DNA of 64,000 bases from Planctomycetota bacterium (GCA_965223265.1 OZ244999.1:5984001-6048000); one strand, 5' to 3'. Positions 18,784 through 29,059 are shown, counted from the first letter of the stretch. Numbers and translations: made by a program. The notes: generated from the letters alone by a model not told the origin.

Positions 18784-19389
18784 CAGCAGAGGACGGTCTA
18801 AGAAATCATATCACTTGCCAGCATGCGGCATGTCGCCGATCATTCCAGAGCGGCAAAGTTGACGCGGGATGTCACTCAAGCCGCCAGTGGCGAGTTTTTC
18901 TTTCGCAGTCGCAGTTGGAGGTGTCTTGGTGAGAAGGCTACCATCCGTCGCGATCCGGGTCTGTGCCGATCACCAATCCGTTCCGCCATGTCAGCGGCGG
19001 CAACTTCTCGCCCGTGACGTGGACTTTTCTCAAAGATTCTACGGCACCTCAAAGGCCGTATGCACAGCTACAATTGCTCCAACTGACCTACACGGATTCG
19101 TCGAACAAGTTGGTCCTCTTCGTGGAACTGAGCGAAAGGTGACGTGGGAAGAACTGAGCGGGATTCTTTCTGCCGCGCTTCTTGCTTCCAGGGCTGAGTC
19201 TCTATTCGCGAAGAAAAAAATCCCGCCCCAAGCTTGCCAGATGCGCACCAGAAGAGGTGAGGTTTCGTGCGAGGCTGTACGACAGCTCTCTTGGTAGCGT
19301 GATGCAGCGCGACGAACGAATGAACGATCGCTGAGATTATCTGTCCAACGGCCCGCAGTAGAAATCTGATGAGAAACGCGGGCTACAAC

Positions 19390-19948
19390 TCACTCTTCGA
19401 TCAGCTCTCGACTGCGCTCATAGACGTTCGGGAACTCTTCCTTAAGTGACGGCAGCCGCAGGAAGCAAGCGGACAGAAACCCCTTGTACTCCTTTAGAGC
19501 GGCCTCGGCGCGCTGCATGGAGTCGCGCGCTGAACTCGGAGCTGGTTCCATCGTCTCAGGGTCGTCGTACAGCGCACGCTCCATCTCAGGAAGTCCGATG
19601 CAGAATTGATATAGCTGACTTCCGCCAGGACCTTCCACGGGGTGGCACCCCTCCGTGGTGCACGCCATGCTGCGGGTGAAAACCACATTCGTGAGCCACG
19701 GCTCCTTGAGTTCGGCGAGGCGGATGCGAAGGGCACGACCGTCATGCGCTCGCTCTAGCTGCGCTCCAGGCGCAAGCTGTTCGACAGAATCGGCCGCGGC
19801 GCGTCGGAACTCCAGCGTCAACTCGCCTTCGATCACGTCAAGCGCGAACGCGAGCCTCCTGGCTGCGTCGTCCGCGCGCTCAGACGAGGTTTTCTCGCGA
19901 CAACTGTTCGACTGGCGATTCTTCATGCGACTGGCCCTCGGCACTCAT
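19390..19948 (-). CDS. Hypothetical protein, possibly frameshifted near its 5' end
   Basis: The long ORF 19390-19944 has a poor N-terminus. ATG 19948 gives MSAEGQSHEESPVEQLSRENLV*, which joins ERADDAARRLAF if one base near 19882 is removed. Confidence 0.5.
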
Positions 19949-19998
19949 AGTTTTAGCGCTAGCGGTCGACCAGGGTGGACAAGGAATATCGTCACTCC

Positions 19999-20643
19999 TC
20001 AAAGTTTCGGTCGCCTGACGAGAATGTAGCAGCGTCGGCTCGCATGCTCAACGTCCGGATAGGGTTCTCGCTCGATGGTCTCGTCGATTTCGAACCCGGT
20101 GTCGCGGAGAAAGCTTGTCATCTCGTCGACACTGAAGAAGAAGAATTCCACGCAGACTTTGTGCCCCCACCATTCGTCCAAACGCATCGTCTCGTCGCCA
20201 ATGTGGAAAGCCAGCAGCAACAATCCCCCAGGCCTCAGGACCCGCCAAAGTTCACCGAGCGCTTGCGCCATATCGCCGCGCGGTATGTGGATGAGGGAGT
20301 AGAACGCCACGAGGCCGGCCCAGGCTCCGACGGAAGCTTCCAGCTCCATCATGTTGCCCTGCTGGAACTCGATGCGGGGATTCAAGCGCTTCGCTCGCTC
20401 CACCATGGCGGGCGACAGGTCGACACCACAGACATCCACGTCCCGCTCCTGCAGGTAGCGCGCGACGTGCCCAGGCCCGCATCCGATGTCGCAGACAGGG
20501 CCAGCGTCACGCATGGCTTCCGCGAAGCGATCGAGCAGCTTTCGGTCGAGTGGCTTGTGCCGCAATTCCTCGAAGATGCGCCGGGCGTATTCGTCCGCCA
20601 CTCGGTCGTAAGTGTCTTGACAGTCTTCCGGAGTCATGGTCAT
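19999..20643 (-). CDS. Class I SAM-dependent methyltransferase
   Basis: YDRVADEY, motif I VCDIGCGPG, GVDLSPAM, AFYSLIH, RVLRPGG; start placed at MTMTPEDC. Confidence 0.9.
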   Translation of the reverse strand: MTMTPEDCQDTYDRVADEYARRIFEELRHKPLDRKLLDRFAEAMRDAGPVCDIGCGPGHVARYLQERDVDVCGVDLSPAMVERAKRLNPRIEFQQGNMMELEASVGAWAGLVAFYSLIHIPRGDMAQALGELWRVLRPGGLLLLAFHIGDETMRLDEWWGHKVCVEFFFFSVDEMTSFLRDTGFEIDETIEREPYPDVEHASRRCYILVRRPKL

Positions 20644-20683
20644 GTGCCGGAAACGGGTCCAGTTCGTATCAAACTGCGGGCGC

Positions 20684-21376
20684 CTACCAAACGAACGGCA
20701 CGAGACGGAATCGAACTCTCGCTGCATACTCCCCGTATCCCGTCAGTTCCTCAAGGAGTGTTTCGTCTTCAAGCTTCGTCCTCACGACAAAGAGCGATGC
20801 AACCAGCAACACTGGTACGAACGTCCAAATCGAGCCGAACATCAACGGCACGGATAGCCCGCCGCCAATCGCTGCGACGTATCCGGGGTGGCGGACAAAT
20901 CGGTAGGGGCCGGTGGTGACGACGCGGTGACGTCGGTCATGCTGAACACGCACGAATTGTTCGAAGTGCTCATTCTCCAACATGGCCCAGGTACCGAAGG
21001 CTGTCGCGCAGGTGAGCACCGCCACGCCAACATAGAACCAAGACCATGGCAACACGGACCATCCGAATCGGACAGCGTCGAACCCCGCAACAACAGCCGT
21101 GACGATCCCCGAGAAAAGCCAGAGAATCGCGAAGACCATGTCGAATCTTTTGACGTCTGCGTGGCTGGACCCGCGCTGATTCAGCGTGTTCGACGAAAAA
21201 AACGCGAGCAGACATAGAGTGCAAGCCTCAGCGATGAACATGGTCGCGATGGTCACCCAGCCGCGCAACCAGTCGACTGTGCCACTTGCAAGGAAGAGCA
21301 GGACTGCAAAGAAGGCCAAGAGCCCAAGGCGCTGGCCAATGTATCGAGCACCCTGGAGTGACACTGTTCCCGGCAC
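20684..21376 (-). CDS. Isoprenylcysteine carboxyl methyltransferase family membrane protein
   Basis: Several TM helices; VVTTGPYRFVRHPGY, RTKLEDETL, GYGEYAARVRFRLVPFVW; GTG 21376 follows GAGGA/GGAGG. Confidence 0.88.
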   Translation of the reverse strand: MPGTVSLQGARYIGQRLGLLAFFAVLLFLASGTVDWLRGWVTIATMFIAEACTLCLLAFFSSNTLNQRGSSHADVKRFDMVFAILWLFSGIVTAVVAGFDAVRFGWSVLPWSWFYVGVAVLTCATAFGTWAMLENEHFEQFVRVQHDRRHRVVTTGPYRFVRHPGYVAAIGGGLSVPLMFGSIWTFVPVLLVASLFVVRTKLEDETLLEELTGYGEYAARVRFRLVPFVW

Positions 21377-21635
21377 GGGCCTCCGTCCTCGACACGGGCC
21401 GACGTGGACGCGATCCACGCAAACTGCGAAGAGCCGACGCTTTGAAGAAAGCATCTCACGTCGAGGCTCCTCAGACGCTCTGATTGTACTCGAACATGCC
21501 AACTGACCGTGAAGCCCTACTGACCAGTTGACCACAGGTTGCTGCTGTTCAAAGTCTTCCCCGAGTCTGTGGCCTTTCTCCCTCGGACCTTCAACGCTCG
21601 ACTTGAATACTACTCAACAGAGAGACCCACATAGC

Positions 21636-24600
21636 TCACGGATCCTCCTGATTCACCGGATCCGCCAACTGGCGCGCAAGAAACTCCTCGGCAGCGCTCC
21701 TTGCAACGCCGGGGTATCTATGGCCGCCCTCATGGTGCAACCAGCCGATGCGTTCGCGGGCGCCGAAGATTTCGTAGACCGGAAGTGCAGCCTCGATGTG
21801 ACTCCAGCTCCGTGCATCGTCGGCACCGCCGCCCGCCAAGAGGAGAAACCCGCGCGGCGCGATGAGAGCGAGGTTCTCGTGATGCTGCAGATCAAAGCCC
21901 GGCTTTCGGATCGAAGGGCCAAGATACCATTCGGCCTCCCAATTGCTGAACTCGAGTCCAATGCCTCCTTCACTGAACACCGCGGCCTGGATGCGCTCGT
22001 CAAACGCGGCGGCATAGAGGACTTGCTTAGCGCCGAGTGAATGTCCGATCGCGCCGATGCGGCCCGAGTCCACGATGGTTAGAGATTCGAGGTAATCGAC
22101 TGCGCGCTGTGCGTCGAGCAGCATGCGCGTCATTCCCTTCCACTCAGGATGTCGCGCCAGCACCTTGCGCGTGTTGTTCGCGTAGGTCTCTACACCCACA
22201 CTGCGAAAAAAATCGTCCTCATCTTGGGTCTCAGGATCGTCTGCAAAGATGTACGAGCGCGGGCAGAGGACGACGTAGCCGAGCTCCGCGAGCTGGACTC
22301 CGATCATGAGCGACGGCTCGATTTGGTCCACGCCGGCCGCCTGCTTGGCGTGGGTTCCGATCGTTTGATGGAAGACGACGACAGCAGGGAGCGTTCCCTC
22401 GGCCGGCGGGTCGATGAACTTGGGAACGAGCAGGTAGGCGTCAGTGGTGACGCCTTCTTCGATGCGGTAGCGCACGAGCGTGCGCGTGAACAGCGGCAGC
22501 TCTTCGCGACTCACCTCTTGAGAGTCGAGATGCCCACGCTCGGTGGGGAGCTCACCGAGAAAACTCTTCCACCTCGACAAAACCTCCGCACGACGCGTCT
22601 CCCACGCAGCCTGCTGCGCCTCGGACGCTGCATTTGGCAAGGAGACGAGAGGCGAAAGCGACGGAAGACTCGGAGGCGCTGGATCTGGTGGCGTTCGCGC
22701 GTCACGCAGCACGGTGACGCGGCGGAGCGCGCGACTTGCCTCACGGCGCACCTCTTCGTCCGGGTCGTCGGTGCGTCGCCGGAGCGCCGCGGCGGCCGAT
22801 TCCGCGGCAGGCCCGATCCGTCCTAAGACGCGTGCGGCGCGAGCGCGGAGAATGACGTCGGATGACTCCAAGCACTCTGTCAGGGCGCCGACGGCGGGTC
22901 GGCCGATGCGTTCGAGCACGACCGTCGCGACGTCCCCCTTGTGGTAGTTACCGAGGAGGTTCACGAGGGACGGAACCGCAGCGCTCGCTCGAGGGCCAAG
23001 CTCGGCGAGCAGGTTCGGGACTCCGAACAAGAGCATCGTGGACTTGAGATGTCGATTGAAGCTTTCGATTGCGAACGGGATAAAACTCTGATCAATTTTC
23101 CAAAGCGCTTCGGCGCCTGCAGGGTACCAAACCTTTTCATCTTCGATCGCCTTTCGGATCGCGGGGATTGCACCGTTGGTTGTCGTCCCCAGTTTGGCAA
23201 GGCTCCTGACCGCTGCTGTGCTGAGCAGGTCATTCGGGGTGGATAAAGAGTGGATGGACAAAACAGGAGCGTGGAAATCCTCTGGGTCAACACGACTCGC
23301 CTCATCGAACCAACGCAGCAAATCGGGAAGAATCTCGGCACGTCGGTTCTCCATGGCGCCGAGCGCTCTGATCGCCTCAACTCTGAGTGGACGGTCGACT
23401 CTCGTATCCGAGGCAATGTCGATCAGATCACGGCCGACAGTTTCGTTCTCCGGCCAAATCGCACCGAGTGCGCCAGCGCAGCTCTCGCGAATCCATGCAT
23501 TCTCGTTCGAGTCATTTAGGCGCTCCAGGAGAAACGGAACAGCTGCAGCCGCCCGCTTACCGAAGTGACTCAAGGACCAAATCACATCCGAAGTATCGAT
23601 GACTCTGCGGTTGAGAAGGTCGACGATCTCAGGGATCGCCTCCACCGCTCGAAGGCGGCAAAGAGCGACTGCAGCTTCTGTCTGCGGAGTTGCACTGCGT
23701 TGGCGAAATTCTTTGAGTAGAAGGGGAATCGTCCCTTCCACTTTCACCCCGACGCGCCCCAACGTTAAGACACAACCTATACGCACGAGGCGGCTGCTAT
23801 GTGGGAGCTTCTGGGTGACCGCGCTAGCGATGCGAGCCCAAGAAGCGTCTCCCCTCGGGAGAAATAGCCGCGATAGAGAATTCACAGCTCTATTCTGAAC
23901 GTCCTCAACCGGATCGTGGAGAGCCCTGATGAGACCATCAACCGCTGCGTCGAAGTCGCTCCGGCTCAGGACTCTGATCGCCTGATAACGGACCCTCGCA
24001 TCCGAATGTTCGAGTGCCGCAACGATCGCTGGCAGCGCCACTCCTGGATTGGCGACATCGAGCGCCCAAAGCAAAAGTGTGGTGTCATGGCTCCTCAGCG
24101 CACGACGAACTCCTTCCCGTGTCCGCGGGTCACCGGGTTGCCGCCCAAAAAGCAAACAGGCGGCAGCGTTTCGGACTCTCTCATTCGGATCGCTGAGCGC
24201 TTGCGCAACTTCCAGGATGGTGTCGAAATCACGTCGACCACGAAGGCAATAAAGCGCCCAAAAACGCACCGACGCGTCGCTGCTGCCAAAGTAGACCGGG
24301 AGTTGCGCCCGGACCTCACCGCTGATGAGATGCGCCACAGCGTCTCGGGCCTCCGGGGCGCACTCTCGAAAGAAACGCCCCAGCGCCTCTGGTCCCATGC
24401 GGAGTAACCCGCGGAGCGCTTCACGTGCGAGACCTACGTTAGGTTCGTCGTCGCTGTCGAATTCAAGGCTACCCAGATCGCCGACGTGGGGAGCGACGAT
24501 CGATGCGAACTCCGGTAGCGCTCGCAGCGACTTCATGTCGACAAGCCTGCGGAGGGCGACCGACCGCTCGACCGGTTCGCTCGACGACAACTGATGGAGC

Positions 24601-24695
24601 CACCAGGCTTCAACGCCGCGGTTCCACAACAGACACACACCGGCGACGACGACGATCACTGTGAGGAGAGAGATCGCCTGAAGAATTCTCCGCAT
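21636..24695 (-). CDS. Membrane-anchored HEAT-repeat protein fused to a dienelactone hydrolase-like alpha/beta hydrolase
   Basis: N-terminal TM; many HEAT units (LSDPNERVRNAAA, LEHSDARVRYQAI, LHDPVEDVQNRAV); Pro-rich linker; PAVVVFHQT, nucleophile elbow GHSLG, FSEGG, GGHRYP. Confidence 0.8.
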   Translation of the reverse strand: MRRILQAISLLTVIVVVAGVCLLWNRGVEAWWLHQLSSSEPVERSVALRRLVDMKSLRALPEFASIVAPHVGDLGSLEFDSDDEPNVGLAREALRGLLRMGPEALGRFFRECAPEARDAVAHLISGEVRAQLPVYFGSSDASVRFWALYCLRGRRDFDTILEVAQALSDPNERVRNAAACLLFGRQPGDPRTREGVRRALRSHDTTLLLWALDVANPGVALPAIVAALEHSDARVRYQAIRVLSRSDFDAAVDGLIRALHDPVEDVQNRAVNSLSRLFLPRGDASWARIASAVTQKLPHSSRLVRIGCVLTLGRVGVKVEGTIPLLLKEFRQRSATPQTEAAVALCRLRAVEAIPEIVDLLNRRVIDTSDVIWSLSHFGKRAAAAVPFLLERLNDSNENAWIRESCAGALGAIWPENETVGRDLIDIASDTRVDRPLRVEAIRALGAMENRRAEILPDLLRWFDEASRVDPEDFHAPVLSIHSLSTPNDLLSTAAVRSLAKLGTTTNGAIPAIRKAIEDEKVWYPAGAEALWKIDQSFIPFAIESFNRHLKSTMLLFGVPNLLAELGPRASAAVPSLVNLLGNYHKGDVATVVLERIGRPAVGALTECLESSDVILRARAARVLGRIGPAAESAAAALRRRTDDPDEEVRREASRALRRVTVLRDARTPPDPAPPSLPSLSPLVSLPNAASEAQQAAWETRRAEVLSRWKSFLGELPTERGHLDSQEVSREELPLFTRTLVRYRIEEGVTTDAYLLVPKFIDPPAEGTLPAVVVFHQTIGTHAKQAAGVDQIEPSLMIGVQLAELGYVVLCPRSYIFADDPETQDEDDFFRSVGVETYANNTRKVLARHPEWKGMTRMLLDAQRAVDYLESLTIVDSGRIGAIGHSLGAKQVLYAAAFDERIQAAVFSEGGIGLEFSNWEAEWYLGPSIRKPGFDLQHHENLALIAPRGFLLLAGGGADDARSWSHIEAALPVYEIFGARERIGWLHHEGGHRYPGVARSAAEEFLARQLADPVNQEDP

Positions 24696-24982
24696 GCGGG
24701 GCAACAGATTATCTCTCCTACTTCGAGTTTGGTCCTTCGGTGCACCAAGGTGGCGTGCCTGCCACTCATGCGGCTGGACCAAAGGAGCAGGCACACTTCG
24801 CGTATCGGCCGCTCTGGTCTCAGACTACGGCACGCGAAGCGTGCCTGCTACGTTTCCGGGCAGGAATTTTCGAACCCGTACAAACTTTTTCGGGGCGGGA
24901 GCAAAGAATGCGAAGAGGCTCTGAATCAAGGTGAACCCGTCGGTCGTAGCCCTCTTCGGCATCGCGCACAGACAGACTGACT

Positions 24983-27628
24983 CTACTCTGCCGCACAAGC
25001 GCGCCGGCAAAGAGGGCCGCCGATGTCGACGCAGGCACCGCCGAGCGCATGCGGCGGGCCGCCGCGAAAGAGGTGGCCGATCAGCGCCACAGCATCGGAG
25101 AGATCGATCGCGCCGCCGTCGCCGTTGAAGTCGAGAAGTGTCTGGCCGACCGCGGTCGGCCGCTGCTCGGCGTCGACGAAACAGGGCTCGAGGGGCTGGC
25201 CGCGGAAGAGCCAGTTCAGCAGCGTGATCACATCCGAAAGGTCCAGCAGGGCGTCGCGGTTGAAATCGCCGGGCCGATGCCCTTCAGCCTCCCGCTCCGG
25301 CGTCAACCGGATCTCGAGACCGTCGGCTCCGGTGATCGGGACGGAGTCCGTGCCATTGTCGTCACTCGTCTGAAAGCGCATCCAAAAAGCCCAGACGCCG
25401 CCGTAGAAGAGTTCGATCTCATTCCAGATTCCGACGAGGACCGTGTTCTCGCCAGGACGGAGAAAGATAGGACGCGTTTCGTCGATAGGACTCGTCGGAT
25501 AATCCACGCTCTGCGGCACGATCGTCAGCGCCGGATTGCGAGCCCCCCTGCACGCGGACTCGCGAGCTGCGCAATCGTCTCGGCAGTAGGTTCGCTGCAC
25601 CACCGTCTCGCCGTTTAGCTGGAGGAAGAAGTCTTGGGACGCTTCGCTCTTGATGAAAACGGGCATCTCCGCGCCCGAGCGATTGTAGACGTAGCACTGA
25701 AGGTAGGTCATGCCGCTAACTATGTGCGGCCCGAAAACCTCAGTCTGAAAATCAATGTAACTATCGCCGTTGTGATGCGCGAAGACGGTGGGCACTCCAC
25801 CCGGGTTGAGGTCGCGGTCGAGCGAAGTCGGATGGAGCCCACTTGCCGGCGACCGAGCCGGGAGCGGCGACTGTCCAGGCGCCGGCTCCATCCCGACCGG
25901 ACTGAAAGCAGTGTTGACCACGAGTCCAGGCTCCCACGGAAGTGCCCACGGCGGGATTCCGTCCGCGATGCCGTCGTCGTCGAAATCCGCCGCGGCAAAG
26001 TCAGCTTCAAGATTCTCGAACGTCGGCCCGTCACTTTGCCCCGGACCGTTGCACGTGAACGGACAATACGGATTGCGATACGGCCCCAGCACGTTCCACG
26101 AGGTGATGCCGCCGCAAACAGGATCAAATCCAGTCGCCGGTGCCACCCGCTCAGAACTCACGAGCACGGTCGGCTGGCTGCCTGTCGCTTCCGCGTACGA
26201 TAGGAGGAACTTGAAATCTCGTGCAGCAGGATTCCCCTCCGGGACCCCCGTGGCTACGCTGTAGCTGAGCTCCAGGTCGCCGCCCGCGATGTCCGCCGGC
26301 GCCAGATTCCATTCGACCGCGAACGGCTCGGTCGCGGGATCGCCCGGGGCGATGACGCGGCCAGAGGCACTTGGCACGCCGACGACAGTGAACCCAAGAG
26401 GCAACGTACTTCTCACGTTCGTGCTGGCGATTGGGCATGCCGGCTCGCGGCGCGGCGACGTAACGTCCACGTGCACCGCAAACCGCTGCGGCACGAGGAA
26501 GTCACCAACCTCGCCGCGCTGCAGGCCGACGAATCGATGCGCGAACGTCGCCGGCGCGGGGGCGAGGTCGCAATCGCCCGGAATGTTCTCGATCTCGATT
26601 TCGTGCAGGTAGTTGCCAGCGTCGCGGCCTCCCGTCGACGCCGCCGCGATCACATAGCCGTCAAAAGGCGTCAAGCCCGGTAGCCGTGTCTCAGCGATGC
26701 GGCCAAAGTCGATGCCTTGGTCCACCAGATTCAGTTCCATGGCCGCCATCTCACCGCGCACGAGCGCGGTCATCTCGATGCGATTGGGGATGAGTCCCTC
26801 GCTGCCAACGTCGTTTCTCATGTGCAGCAAAACCCCCGCCGGGAGCTGGACCGTCACACCAATTCCGTGCGAGGGAGGGAGGGCCTGGGCGCCGTCCGGG
26901 ATGTAATAGATGCCGACGTGATCTTCGCGATCGCTATCGCGTTTGCGAAGATCACCTGGCTCGTGCCCAAGATTGTAGTCGGCCTCAAAAATGATCTGCT
27001 GACCACCATCGCGCACGCCGTCGCCATTGCCGTCGTTCTCCGGACACGGTAGCGTTGCGCCTTCCGGACAGACGTACCCGGTGAGACCGTTCCCGCCCCC
27101 GGGCATGCCGGCGCCAGGAGGGTCCTGCAGCTCGACGAGAGTGATCCCGAAACCTTCGGCCGGGTTATCGAACCGGCAACCGCCGTCGGCGCTGAAGATC
27201 ACCCGGATGCGCAGGTTGTCGATCGAAACCTTCTGCGGCAGGAAGATGTTTCCATGCTGCCCCCTGCCGTGTGTCAGCGCCACAAAACCGAACGTGCTCA
27301 CCTCTCCTCCGACCGCTTCGACGTCTTCCTGGCTCCAGACTGTGCATGGATACACCGTTGGCGGGCCGCAGAAGGAGGCGCTCGAAACACGGTCATCGAA
27401 GTACACGAACGGGCCGTCGCCAAACTCATTTGCGCAAAGAGGTGAACCTGGCGCGATCCAATGCGCGGCAAGATCCGCTGGTGTTCCGCTGCGCCCCCAC
27501 CGCGCTTGCGGTGAACTGAACGGGTCGGTCGAGAAGTCGTCGAACACCGGCAGCTGCGCGAAAGTCGCTGCTGGCGTAAAGATCACACTGCACATCCCCA
27601 CGACGACGAGCAATCCGCGGATCGACAT
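24983..27628 (-). CDS. Secreted protein with L-type lectin-like domain, beta-sandwich domains and C-terminal dockerin-like module
   Basis: Signal peptide MSIRGLLVVVGMCSVIFTPAATFA; lectin-like motifs AEGFGITL, GGGNGLTGY, IFEADY, DHVGI, AASTGG; WNVLGPY...LNGE...LRPGEN domain; PGDFNRDALLDLSD...DFNGDGGAIDLSD. Confidence 0.75.
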   Translation of the reverse strand: MSIRGLLVVVGMCSVIFTPAATFAQLPVFDDFSTDPFSSPQARWGRSGTPADLAAHWIAPGSPLCANEFGDGPFVYFDDRVSSASFCGPPTVYPCTVWSQEDVEAVGGEVSTFGFVALTHGRGQHGNIFLPQKVSIDNLRIRVIFSADGGCRFDNPAEGFGITLVELQDPPGAGMPGGGNGLTGYVCPEGATLPCPENDGNGDGVRDGGQQIIFEADYNLGHEPGDLRKRDSDREDHVGIYYIPDGAQALPPSHGIGVTVQLPAGVLLHMRNDVGSEGLIPNRIEMTALVRGEMAAMELNLVDQGIDFGRIAETRLPGLTPFDGYVIAAASTGGRDAGNYLHEIEIENIPGDCDLAPAPATFAHRFVGLQRGEVGDFLVPQRFAVHVDVTSPRREPACPIASTNVRSTLPLGFTVVGVPSASGRVIAPGDPATEPFAVEWNLAPADIAGGDLELSYSVATGVPEGNPAARDFKFLLSYAEATGSQPTVLVSSERVAPATGFDPVCGGITSWNVLGPYRNPYCPFTCNGPGQSDGPTFENLEADFAAADFDDDGIADGIPPWALPWEPGLVVNTAFSPVGMEPAPGQSPLPARSPASGLHPTSLDRDLNPGGVPTVFAHHNGDSYIDFQTEVFGPHIVSGMTYLQCYVYNRSGAEMPVFIKSEASQDFFLQLNGETVVQRTYCRDDCAARESACRGARNPALTIVPQSVDYPTSPIDETRPIFLRPGENTVLVGIWNEIELFYGGVWAFWMRFQTSDDNGTDSVPITGADGLEIRLTPEREAEGHRPGDFNRDALLDLSDVITLLNWLFRGQPLEPCFVDAEQRPTAVGQTLLDFNGDGGAIDLSDAVALIGHLFRGGPPHALGGACVDIGGPLCRRACAAE

Positions 27629-27804
27629 CGGTTGACCCTTTCCGCATTCTGGTGGAACGCTGCCAAGAACCACAGGTGGCTCAGCACCCTGTCTTTAGAT
27701 TACGTGTGCCGGAAGCAGAACTTAAGCGAAATCCGCGGACACGTGCTGGCTTGTTCGCCCACCATTTCCACGCCAAAGCCCACATCATTGCTCGTTTCCA
27801 GAAT

Positions 27805-28977
27805 CTACGTTCGACCCTCGTCGGTCACGGGCGAAGTGTCATTCTCCAAGCCGTACAAAGACCGAGAGTTCTCCGAGAGGATGCGCCGCGCGCCGTCGAT
27901 CGCTTCGTCCTCCGTCAGCCAGCCGCGCCTTGTTAGAGACGAAAGCGCAGCCGTGATTTCCGACCTGGCAACGTTCGCTCCCCACGCGAAGAGCTCCGGG
28001 CCGACGCTGGCGTCGGAGCCATACATGAGCTTTGCGATGGGGGCCTGCTCGAGCAGCTCGAGAAGCAGACCCCGCACGCCGTGCGCGATCAGAGGTATGG
28101 ACAACGACAGATCCACAAACGCGTTCGGGTAGAGACCCGCCAGCAGAGCAGCGCTCCGAACGAACGGGTAGCCACTGTGAAGGAGAACAATCGGCACACT
28201 TGCGAACCGTCCGTCCTCGAAGAGAGGTCGTAGGAGCAGTGGGTCCGACGAACACGGATCGAGATCACGATCTCCGAATCCGGTGTGAACCTGGAGAGGC
28301 CAAGAACGCTGTGCAGCGACGTCGAACGCCGTCTCGACGATGGATCGGATCACTGCTGGTTCCGTTAGGCGCGCGGTTCCTGTTGTCTCGACGCGGTGGC
28401 GCTCCCGCTTGAAGGCGTCGCGGGCTGACTCCGCAGACCGCCAAAACGAGAGCCCGCATCTGTAGGCCGCGATCGTCTTAAGGGCAACGACGCGCTGACG
28501 ATCACACGCGAGCAGATGGCCGCGCAAATCCTCCAGCAAAGAGTCGAGCGAATCGACCCGTGGCAGGATACATTCGGCAACCGTCTCTAATCTGAGCACC
28601 TCTCGGCACGGCACGCCAAGAACATCTTCACAATCTCCGAGCGTCAGCGAGTTCTTCGGGTAGCCGGTGTCAAGAAGGATGCAGCGAACGTTCTCAGGTT
28701 GAAGAATGCGCTGCGCGTAGTCCCTGAGGCCATGCTTGTTTCGGTAGGCGACGATTGCGGCCGCGGTCGCTTCAACGCCGAGACGCCTCGCAAGAAAACG
28801 GATCGCCGCCATCATCGTCACGGTCGACGGGGAATACAAAGTGAGCTGCGTCTCGTCGGCAGACTCGGAAAAGGAAGCGGTGAAGTCTTGCAGCGAGACC
28901 ACATCTCCGGCGACACACGGGTGCGCGTGTCCGTCGATGATCTCCAGAGCAGCGATCGTCTCGGCGAGTGAACTCAC
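27805..28977 (-). CDS. Amidohydrolase family protein (FluG/NodGS N-terminal-like)
   Basis: IIDGHAHP, LLDTG, ALKTIAAYRCGL, PLQVHTGFGD, VLLHSGYPF, KLMYGSD; GTG start at 28977. Confidence 0.88.
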   Translation of the reverse strand: MSSLAETIAALEIIDGHAHPCVAGDVVSLQDFTASFSESADETQLTLYSPSTVTMMAAIRFLARRLGVEATAAAIVAYRNKHGLRDYAQRILQPENVRCILLDTGYPKNSLTLGDCEDVLGVPCREVLRLETVAECILPRVDSLDSLLEDLRGHLLACDRQRVVALKTIAAYRCGLSFWRSAESARDAFKRERHRVETTGTARLTEPAVIRSIVETAFDVAAQRSWPLQVHTGFGDRDLDPCSSDPLLLRPLFEDGRFASVPIVLLHSGYPFVRSAALLAGLYPNAFVDLSLSIPLIAHGVRGLLLELLEQAPIAKLMYGSDASVGPELFAWGANVARSEITAALSSLTRRGWLTEDEAIDGARRILSENSRSLYGLENDTSPVTDEGRT

Positions 28978-29030
28978 GCCTTGTGATTCACCTTTCCAGC
29001 GCGACAGCGCGCCGCAAGAGATCAAAACCG
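28951..29030. repeat. 80-bp direct repeat, copy 1
   Basis: AGCGATCGTCTCGGCGAGTGAACTCACGCC...GCAAGAGATCAAAACCG, identical to 29960-30039. Confidence 0.95.
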
Positions 29031-29059
29031 GCGATTGGAAGAGTCGATACGGTTTTGAT
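29021..29059 (-). terminator. Hairpin downstream of the TA toxin, overlapping the end of repeat copy 1
   Basis: ATCAAAACCG...CGGTTTTGAT 10-bp stem with further internal pairing; terminator function is inferred. Confidence 0.4.

Noticed and set aside
18800-19320. ORF 18869-19297 or an ncRNA in this spacer
   Set aside because: The translation is not protein-like and I recognise no RNA family; only an imperfect inverted repeat is visible.
18343-21376. Integron cassette array
   Set aside because: No paired RYYYAAC/GTTRRRY attC ends at gene boundaries and no intI in the window.
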